Assembly (NCBI RefSeq): GCF_963853765.1
Contig: NC_088857.1
Location: 48,670,001 to 48,734,000 of the forward strand
Length of the DNA: 64,000 bases
Direction of reading: 5' to 3'
DNA from: Magallana gigas
Taxonomy: Eukaryota
The notes below the pieces were generated by a model. That model searched no databases, was not told the origin of the DNA, and saw only the letters and a list, made by a program, of their open reading frames with translations. Position numbers and translations under genes: made by a program. Below are positions 14,201 through 23,800 of this stretch, in pieces (position 1 is the stretch's first letter; each line of letters begins with the position of its first letter).

Positions 14201-15808
14201 CATTAATTTTAGTCAGAGAGCTAAACGTAGCAATATTGTGTCCGGAATACGACACAGGTATCAAAACGAAACATACCCCATCGTAATATTGGGTCATTAT
14301 GATTATCCTTACGTGTTGTAATAATTTCCTGTATTAAATAATAAGAGGGAAAATTGATTTGTCATTTTTATATTGTTCAATATTGATAATACAACTCAGA
14401 CTGTAGTAAAGAAAAAAAAAATTAAAAAAAAATACCGGTGTGAAAAGAAAATATAAGACTAAACAATTTTATCAAAAGATATTTACAAAAAGAGTATCAT
14501 TGCAGCAATAAAAGAATCTACTGCACGAAATATTTGAACATTTATATTAAGTTCATGATTAGTATTACCATATAACATTAATTTTAGTATTACCATGTAA
14601 CATTAATTCAAGAAAAAAATATGTTTATGGCTTGAAAAAATGTCATTCTACATTATTTATATATTTGGGACATTTGAAAAAAATAATGATAATCATATTC
14701 AACCGAATCTACACAATTATCACACATTGCGGTTTCCGCTAAATATCTGCCGATAAAATGTTTGCATTGTTCCATATAATATATCCATGGTCCCAAAATT
14801 AGTTCATTACTTTTCCGACAAAATAGGAATTCAGTATACTCTTAAAAGAAGCTAGACTAGAAGCATTTCTAATGTGATCTAGTAAATTGAGCCATTGTTT
14901 GACAGTAGAAGGGAAAAACTGGCCATATTAGATGTAGCTCTAAGGATCCTTTGTGGAATTTTTAATTGTCACTGGTTCTTAGATTATAAGTGTGAACTGG
15001 TGAACGATATGGTTCTAATTGTTCATAAAAATATATGCATAGGAGAAAACTTCATAAGTTAATCTTATTAATTGTTATTTATGTAAATTATTTGTCAAAT
15101 TATTTACATACTCCCAAAAAAGTGGGGGGGGCAACTCCATGATAATTCAATTTTTTATATGTACATTTTAAAAAATTTGTTGCTGCGAGAAAAAGTGAGG
15201 GGGGGGGGATGGCAGCATTTCCTTAAGTTTTAATTATACCATGGACAATAATAAAAATAAATTGACACTGACCCCCACACCGTAAGGCTACATAATGAAC
15301 ATGAAGGAATTCATTGACCAGTATTTTTTTTCTTCACAAATTGATATATCTACTCTACCTCTTTTAACTGTTTTGTCATGTGCTCTTAATCGGAATAACC
15401 CATAAAATTATATCGTATATATGTCCCTCTTTCCGTTTTTCCGACGAGCACACACAAAAAATTGGCTTTGAAAATTGTGGTTTAATTTTCTTGATATATA
15501 ACTGTTTTGCAGTGGGGTTTTTAAATTTTATTTTATAAACTTAATTGTATAAAACGTAATGACGAAAATCCATGGGGATTTCGCACCGTTATTCGACCCG
15601 TTCAAATGAATCTAAGCCATATGTTTACATATATACAGGGTGAAATTTGATAAATTTGTTTTTTCCGATAGAAGAGCTGGCCAGAGGAGAATGCAATTTT
15701 AATTCTACTTTCTTGTGGGTTTTTTTTTTTAGAAAACTTTTTATTTCTATTAAAAGTTAATTTAAATCACAATTTTCCCATTAAATGGATGGAATAAGTG
15801 GTAAACCC

Positions 15809-15869
15809 CATCTTCACAACGTCAAGGTTTTGTGATCCGTAATCACAAAACCTTGACGTTGTGAAGATG
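15809..15869. mobile_element. 61-bp palindromic micro-MITE with 9-bp TSD
   Basis: CATCTTCACAACGTCAAGGTTTTGTGAT-CCGTA-ATCACAAAACCTTGACGTTGTGAAGATG (28-bp perfect arms) flanked by the exact direct repeat GGTAAACCC (15800-08, 15870-78). Confidence 0.8.
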
Positions 15870-15967
15870 GGTAAACCCCTGGTGGAGCGTATTTATATAA
15901 AATTGTTATCTGTATCAAAATAATAGAGTCTGACTCAAAATTTTTAGCTTAATCACAGGGGCATCGT

Positions 15968-16037
15968 ATCCGCTCTACACTGTATGACATATATATAAAT
16001 AATTATTTATATATATGTCATACAGTGTAGAGCGGAT
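15968..16037. repeat. Perfect 70-bp spacerless palindrome
   Basis: 35-bp arms ATCCGCTCTACACTGTATGACATATATATAAATAA / exact reverse complement, centre at 16002/16003. Confidence 0.95.
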
Positions 16038-16433
16038 GCCTCGCAGCTTCATTAATTTTCTCCAAAATCGTTTCGGAGCGATTCTGCAATTTTTTTGCTA
16101 CATTACGGGTACATGAGATGCATTGTAACTGTGATGAAGGACTGTCCCGAGGCACAGTTTGATTATTCTAACTAAGTAGAGTGTAGTGAAATTGATAGCA
16201 TTAGTGTAGGCTTAAATTAAGCTTGGCTATGTAAATGTCAACGATACGGTTTGTGGATGTATCTATTCCGATATCATATGCAATGTCAACACGTGTACGC
16301 ACAGGTCAAAGTCTAGTTTAATTTAAAAATTGACTCTTGTGTTCTAATAAAGCACATGGATTTCTCTGATAATCAGTAGCCAATCATGATACAACAGGTT
16401 AAATCGCATGTACATTGATTTACGCGCCGTTAG

Positions 16434-19400
16434 GGATACCAAAGAGAGCAACCGAGCGGGAATGTAAACAACGAAAACGAAACCACCGAATGTAACTCTC
16501 TCACATCTTCAGACACTTCCTATGCGAGGATTGTTTCTATCAATGTTTGCGGTCTAGCTTCTAAGCTCCGAAATCCTGAGTTTGTTGATGTTATTAGCAA
16601 ATATGATATAATCTGCCTCACAGAGACAAAAACAGATAAAGCTGACAATATTGATATCCCAAATTTCAGTGTATTCAGCAAACATAGATCAAATCTGTCA
16701 TTTCGAAAGTCTGGTGGTATTGTAGTCTATATTAGAGATTCTTTATCCAAATTCTGTAGCATAATTAATAACGCAAGTGACAATATATTATGGATTAGAA
16801 TAGAAGGTAAAACATTTAGTATTAAGAAACATATTTTGATGGGAACTGTTTATATACCGCCATCAAACTCCAGATTTTCATCAGTTGAAATTTTTGACGA
16901 TATTGAGAATGAGATTTTTAACTTGTCCAAAGAAAATGATTGTATATGTTTATTAGGTGACTTTAATAGTAGAGTATCCACATTGAAAGATTTTATTGAT
17001 GTTGATGATTCTCTATCACATTTTTGTAACAGTGTTGACAATAACAGTAATTTTGATTGGGCTGTTGATCAAATAGACCTAGAAGCAATTGAAAAATATG
17101 GTTTTTCCATAGAAAGGAAATCTAAAGATAACACTGTTAACTGCTATGGAAAAAAACTTATTGATATCTGTAAACATTGTAACATTATAATACTTAATGG
17201 TAGATCCATGGGTGACCAAAATGGTGAGTTTACATGTAAACAATCAAGTGTCGTAGATTATTGTATTTCAAACACTGAGTTTTTAAGAAATGTACACAAT
17301 GTGAGAATATTACCTTTTTCCTCATTTTTATCTGATGTTCATAACCCTATAGAGATAGTATTGGCACTTGAAAGACAGCACAGCACTGAATCCATATATC
17401 AACAAAAGCCAACACAAGAAATTGCTAAACAATGGAATCCCGAAAAAGTTGAAGTATATCATAACTATATAGAAGATAAAGTAGATATTGTAAAATCATT
17501 AGAAAATGAACTAAGTAACACTATGCTTGAAAACATATCACTAGAATTTATTGATAATATTGTTGAAAAGATTAGTGATGTACTGGTCGAAAGTGCCAAA
17601 AATGTATTCGGTAGAAAGCCAGTTCTTACAAATACAAGTGAAACATTCAATGTCAAATATAAGAAACCATGGTTTACTCGGGACTGTAAGAATGCTCGAC
17701 AGAATTATAGAAAAGCGAAAAGGTTGTACAAAAAATTTGGTGGAGATATTTTTAAAAGTGACTTGTATGAAAAAGAAAAATTGTATAAAAAAAGGTTGAA
17801 AAATGCAAATGTAACGCATAGAGTAGAAATGAAAAAAAAACTTTTTAGTTTAAGAACAAATAATCCTAGAGAATATTGGAAAATTTTGAATACAAACACA
17901 GATAAGAAAAGATGTAATGCAAATTTATATGATCTTTTTACTTTTTATCAGGATTGTTGTAACAAGAACTATAATGAACAAGAAGATTCAAATAACAATG
18001 TATTTTCTCTTGATGAACTTAATATGTTATCTGATATTAATCTTAATAATGACATTAACCAACCAATAACTTGTGAAGAAATATTTAAGGGTATCAATAT
18101 GTTGAAAAATAACAAAGCTTGTGGTGATGATAGAATTTTTAATGAATATATCAAAAGTACCCAAGATTGTATGTTGAATTTATATACTGTATTGTTTAAC
18201 AAAATATTTGATTCTGGTGTTATACCCACACAGTGGGTTAGTGGTAACATTATACCTGTTTATAAGAATAAAGGGGATAGTACAGAACCCCAAAATTATA
18301 GACCAATTACACTCTTGAGCTGTCTTGGAAAATTATTCACTGCTATCATTAATGAAAGGTTAAACAAATATGCTGACAATGTTCAACTCATTTTAGAGAA
18401 CCAAGCAGGTTTTCGTAGAGGTCATAGTACAATAGATCATATTTTTTCATTGTATTCTCTTATCGAACTCTTCAAATTGCATAAGATGAAATTATATTGT
18501 GCGTTTATAGATTCTGAGAAAGCATTTGACTCTGTTTGGCACATTGGTTTATGGAACAAGGTATTATCAAACAATATTGATGGAAAATGTTTTAGAATTA
18601 TTACTAATATGTACAAAGGTATTAAGTCAAAAGTTCTGGTTAATGGATTAAGTTCAGAATTTTTTGAATGTACAGTTGGAGTACGACAAGGGGAAAATTT
18701 ATCGCCTTTTTTATTTTCACTATATTTAAATGATCTTGAGGAGTATCTTTATACAAACAATGTCAGAGGTTTGTCACGCTTGTCTGATAACATTAAGAAA
18801 GATCTTAATATTTATTTAAACCTTTTTGTCTTATTGTATGCAGATGATACCATCTTATTGTCAGAAAATCCAGAAGATTTTCAACACTTACTCAATGTTT
18901 TTTCTAGATATTGTAAAGAGTGGCGTCTTAAGGTTAACAGTAAAAAAACTAAAGTTGTAATGTTTGGTAGAGGTAAACAAACCAACTGTTTTACTTTTGA
19001 AGGTTCCCAATTAGAAATTGTTAACAACTTTAAATACCTGGGTGTTACTTTTTGTAAAAGCAACTCTTTTAATCTTAATGTTAAAGAACTGTTTGATAAA
19101 GCTACTAAAGCAATGTATGGTGTTATTGGGAAGTGCAGAACACATAATCTAACAATTGATTGTAAAGTAGACATGTTCGATAAAATTATCAAACCAATAT
19201 TATTATATGGATGCGAAGTTTGGGGTTTTCATAACACTAATCTCCTTGAAAAATTACATTTAAAATTTTGTAAACATATATTGAACTTGAGAACCTCAAC
19301 TCCAAACTTTATGGTATATGGGGAACTTGGAAGATACCCCTTAACAATTAATGTTAAAGTTAGAATGATTTCCTTCTGGGGTAAATTAGTCAATTTCCAG

Positions 19401-20003
19401 AACTCAAAATTGTCAGCAAAACTTTTTAATGTATTGAAGAATTTTAATAACCCATGGTGCGAAGCCATTAAGAAAACTTTAAATCAATGTGGATTGACAT
19501 ATATATGGTATCAAAACACAATAAACATACCCTGGTTAAAATCTAAAGTATACAATATTTTATTAGACCAATTTAAGCAATCATGGTATAGTGAGGTACA
19601 TAATTCTCCAAAAGGTTTAAATTATAGGATTTTTAAAAACTCACTGGATTTTGAAAAGTATTTATTGATTTTGCCAACACAATTATGTAAGAAATATTGT
19701 AACTTTAGAACTGGTAATGCTAAATTACCTATTGAGATAGGTAGATGGTTTAATATTCCTAGAGAAAACAGAATTTGTAAACTATGTACCTGCAATGAAA
19801 TTGGGGATGAATTTCACTACCTTTTCAAATGTACTGATGTATATATATCCAATTCAAGGGTTAGATGTTTACCAAAATATTTCATAACAAATCCAAATGT
19901 TGTAAAATTTGAAAAACTGTTTAATATCACAAACATAAACCAACTTACCAATATTTGTAAACTATTAGATACTATATTTGAGAGAGTTAACTCTCTTGGT
20001 TAA
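16434..20003 (+). CDS. Endonuclease-reverse transcriptase polyprotein; open stop-to-stop for 1190 codons
   Basis: The frame extends upstream of the tracked ORF without stops to 16434. APE motifs SINVCG, CLTET, GTVYIPP, GDFNSR, VVDY, SDVH. RT motifs YRPITLL, QAGFR, KAFDSV, GVRQG, LFSLYLNDL, YADD, YLG. C-terminal CxxC-x9-H-x4-C. Confidence 0.92.
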   Translation, partial: GYQREQPSGNVNNENETTECNSLTSSDTSYARIVSINVCGLASKLRNPEFVDVISKYDIICLTETKTDKADNIDIPNFSVFSKHRSNLSFRKSGGIVVYIRDSLSKFCSIINNASDNILWIRIEGKTFSIKKHILMGTVYIPPSNSRFSSVEIFDDIENEIFNLSKENDCICLLGDFNSRVSTLKDFIDVDDSLSHFCNSVDNNSNFDWAVDQIDLEAIEKYGFSIERKSKDNTVNCYGKKLIDICKHCNIIILNGRSMGDQNGEFTCKQSSVVDYCISNTEFLRNVHNVRILPFSSFLSDVHNPIEIVLALERQHSTESIYQQKPTQEIAKQWNPEKVEVYHNYIEDKVDIVKSLENELSNTMLENISLEFIDNIVEKISDVLVESAKNVFGRKPVLTNTSETFNVKYKKPWFTRDCKNARQNYRKAKRLYKKFGGDIFKSDLYEKEKLYKKRLKNANVTHRVEMKKKLFSLRTNNPREYWKILNTNTDKKRCNANLYDLFTFYQDCCNKNYNEQEDSNNNVFSLDELNMLSDINLNNDINQPITCEEIFKGINMLKNNKACGDDRIFNEYIKSTQDCMLNLYTVLFNKIFDSGVIPTQWVSGNIIPVYKNKGDSTEPQNYRPITLLSCLGKLFTAIINERLNKYADNVQLILENQAGFRRGHSTIDHIFSLYSLIELFKLHKMKLYCAFIDSEKAFDSVWHIGLWNKVLSNNIDGKCFRIITNMYKGIKSKVLVNGLSSEFFECTVGVRQGENLSPFLFSLYLNDLEEYLYTNNVRGLSRLSDNIKKDLNIYLNLFVLLYADDTILLSENPEDFQHLLNVFSRYCKEWRLKVNSKKTKVVMFGRGKQTNCFTFEGSQLEIVNNFKYLGVTFCKSNSFNLNVKELFDKATKAMYGVIGKCRTHNLTIDCKVDMFDKIIKPILLYGCEVWGFHNTNLLEKLHLKFCKHILNLRTSTPNFMVYGELGRYPLTINVKVRMISFWGKLVNFQNSKLSAKLFNVLKNFNNPWCEAIKKTLNQCGLTYIWYQNTINIPWLKSKVYNILLDQFKQSWYSEVHNSPKGLNYRIFKNSLDFEKYLLILPTQLCKKYCNFRTGNAKLPIEIGRWFNIPRENRICKLCTCNEIGDEFHYLFKCTDVYISNSRVRCLPKYFITNPNVVKFEKLFNITNINQLTNICKLLDTIFERVNSLG

Positions 20004-20157
20004 ATTATATCTGTTATCCCTTCATCATGCATGTACCATTGATTTTCATTTATTATATATATTGTAGTTTGTACATACTGTACATATGTTTTTTCTCTAC
20101 ACTGTAAATTCAGTTATGAGAATAAAGTTCATTGTCATTGTCATTGTCATTGTCATT
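16434..20157 (+). mobile_element. Non-LTR retrotransposon (APE endonuclease + RT; probably RTE/RTE-X-like), 5' boundary undetermined
   Basis: Single long ORF followed by AATAAA (20121-26) and a (CATTGT)4-CATT tail (20130-20157). No ORF1 seen. Clade assignment is from motif recall and is tentative. Confidence 0.9.
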
Positions 20158-20825
20158 AATACCTCCAAATATAACCAATGTAATTAGATACACATATCTA
20201 TTGTGACAGGCCGCGATTCCTTTAATAAGGAACTACTTAAATTATTTAGTGACCGAAATGTCCGTACGATTCAAGTTCTAAAGTAAACACAAATAATCCT
20301 TTTGAGGCATTACACATAGATCCAGGCGTTCTTGATGAATCAAACGATAGCGATGAAAGAATTTTGACTTCCGTTATATAGCATAATGAAATGCTCTTGT
20401 AGAAAATTCTGTATTCCTGAAGAGAGACAAGTATTAAGAAGGTGAGACTGATTATTTGTAAAATATACGTACAGTGGTGTTTATTGTATATACTGTCAAT
20501 AATTTAGATTTGGATATGCATTTCACGCTGTCAGACTTTTTAATGCATATTTGTTGGATATCGGTAATCAATATGACGAATATTTATTTCAAATAATTTT
20601 TTGTCATTGAATATTCATTTGTTTATTTTGAATATGACATCGATGTTTTTTTATCACTCCATCTTTTGTATACTAGTGTATATATAATTAATTAATTATA
20701 TAACTTTGGATGCGAGGTAAATACTCAACTTTACGGTATACAATATACATGTAACTTGAATTATTTCTGATTTTTGCTTAGAGAAACTACACGTTCTGTA
20801 CTAACAATATACAGAAAATAGGGAC

Positions 20826-23800
20826 ATGTCTGCAAGGATCTTATTTTACTGCCATCTATTTGTCGTCTCGAACGGAATCAAAGATACTCAGTCGCAACAG
20901 GTAAATGACGTCATTGACACCCCCGCGTTTTTGACCGGAGATGTCATCATTGGAGGTCTTTTCCACATCTTTAACACCAAACAGCCCGATCGATGTGACC
21001 TGGATTTGGACATGTACTCTTTGATGGAGATGGAAGCAGTTAAATGGTCTCTGATGCGACTGAATGAGGTTAACTTCATCCCTGGGGTTCGATTAGGTAA
21101 CACCGGGGCTTACGATTCTTTTGAAACTAAACTTAAAAATTCTTGCGTTTTCATTATAGGAATACATGTACAGAATACATTTTACATGTATATAAGATAG
21201 TCCACGTTTTCATTTGTGTATCTGATAAGAATTTATATTGGTTTAAGGCAGTAGACTTCAATATCAAATTTTAAAAGCATGGACTTGTAACCAATTTGTT
21301 GGAATGCATGGCGTCATAGTACATTATTATTAAAGCTTGTTGTTATTCTAAGGCCTTTAAATATATGCATTCTGTCAGTGATATATTAAAACCTAGTTAC
21401 CACTCACCTTATATATAGACTATATAACTGGTTTAATGCACTAGGTCCGTTTCCTCTCACGGCATTCTTTGCTCAACATACTTTTTTTGTAATGCAGGAC
21501 TTCTGGCTTACCCGACATGCGGAATACCTAGCATTGCTGCTCTGCAAAGCAACAAGTTTCTCCAGCTTTTACGAGAACATAGAGCGTCAAATAAAACCAA
21601 CAAACCGGTCTATATTAAAGGTACACATGCTTCCTCCATCAAAAAAGTATATACCTACATGTATATATTGATAAAAATATAGATTAAATTGTAAATCGAT
21701 AATGCTTTGCCAATTCTTCTGATCGGTAAAAGATTGTCGTTTGGTTTCTTCAGCTGTACTAGGTCCAACCTTTAGCTCCGAGTCTGCAGTTGTATCCCGG
21801 ATACTGAGCAGTGTCCCTGACGACTACAAGCTCCTACAAGTCTCCTACTCCTCCACGGCCGCGTTCCTGACCAATGAAACGAATGCCGAAACATTCCTCA
21901 ACTTCTTCCGGACGATACCATCCGACAAAATCCAAACGCAGGTCCATGTCCTTTCTTGTTCATCATACACGAGACTTATGATTTTAAGTTTGCTATAAAC
22001 GGAATGTGTGCAAAATTATCATATTTAACGTATCTTTATAGGACTGCGTCATAAATTATCATTCATGTAATTCGTAAAGAATGTTCGTTTGACAATGAAT
22101 CTCTACATAGAGAAAATGGTTGATTTAAGTCGTAAAGCCTATAATTATGATACTTTGTGATAATTTTTTTTGTGATTTTCAGACTATGTTGGATTTGCTG
22201 GTTGACCTGGGTTGGACGTATATTGGATTAATTCACTCGGGTGACGCGTACGGTAATGACGCAGCCCGTGAACTGAGTGACGCCCTGGCAGAGAGACGCA
22301 TTTGTATCGCAGCTGTTTATCAATGTGACAGTGACATTTCAAGGGCCCGTTTCCATGAAATTCTGTACAATATAACTGCACTGAGAATCAAGGGCATCGT
22401 TTTTATCGGAGCTGTTTCAATGGTTCGCTCTTTCATTGATAGCATTGAACGTATTTCATTTTCTCAATACTCTGTTCCCTCTATCATTTTTTCGGAGAGC
22501 CTAGGCTTGCAGTCTGAGATTTTCTTTAATTCCGAATCGAAGGAAATCTACCCGGCGGCAAAAGGATCATTTGCCATGTCGCCCCCTCACAAAGAAATGT
22601 CCGAATTTTCGGAGTACTGGAATACAATGTTTGCTAATATGAGCAAGAACCAAGATGATACGCAAATAAACCCTTGGTTGCAACAATTCATGAAATTACA
22701 ATTGGGATACAACAAATTGAATGTTGACAATCTGTTAACGAAATACCCATCGTCGACGTTTGTTAAATATGCCATAATGGCGACTTACAGTGTTGCCAAA
22801 ACAATCAAGGACGTACATCAGAAGGTTTGCCGTGGGATCAGTGGATTATGCTCAGAAATGAAGGAAAATAGATTATCTGAGTATATAGAGCAAGCCAGAC
22901 GAACTACTGTGGATTTTGAGAAAGATTTTCCACAGAAAGCTAAGCTTAGAAATCTTACCGAAAGGGTTTCTTTCACTAAAGAAGGTGATATTCAATTTCA
23001 AAACTCCGGGTTGATGTACGAAGTTTACAACTACCAGAGCCCATCAAACGACACAAACTTTGAGTTTGTTAATGTAGGTACTAATTTATGTAAAATGACT
23101 TGATATTACTCCCATTAGGGTAAAACGCGTTCATTAAAATGTTTGATTCAAGCTCGAAATACTAGAACATAGGGCATAATTATATATGTCTGAATTGATT
23201 AAAAAAACATGAATTTGCAACTGATTTCCTTCCAATATTTAGGTAGGTTCTCTGAAAAAGCCAGAAACACCGGCAGAAGGCGGGAAACCAAAATTTACTT
23301 TACTGAAACCAAGGGTAAAATTCTACGACAACATGGGTAGGATCACCAATACAGTCAAATCAATTTGTCAACCGAACACGACTTGCACGATATGTCTTCA
23401 AAACCACGAGTCCGAGACATATCTGTATGACCCCGGTGACGTCATTGTGGTCGTCACGTTCCCCATTCACAATCGAGGAAGTGAGCCCTTACACTGTGGT
23501 CCAGTTAGGCGAAGGATTGGTCTCGATGTCGCACTAGGGGCAAAGTTTGCAATCGACAAGATAAACGAAAACAGTGATATTTTTCCAAACAAAAAAGTTG
23601 GTCTTCTGCTCCTGGACACCTGTGATGATCCATTGATAACTTCCGATATTATTCTAGAGCTCCAGCTACACGGGCAGATTAACAATCGCATACCTAATAT
23701 TTCCGACAAGATTTTAGGGTATGCTGGTGGATTTTCTAGTAGTCCAACTTTACAGGTGGCGGACATCACAACAGAATTGAAAACTGTTCAGGTTTGTGTT

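Noticed and set aside
16050-16068. CATTAATTTTCTCCAAA versus CATTAATACCTCCAAA (20154-69) as the LINE TSD
   Set aside because: Needs mismatches and an indel, which fits poorly with an otherwise intact ORF. The 5' end is left undefined.
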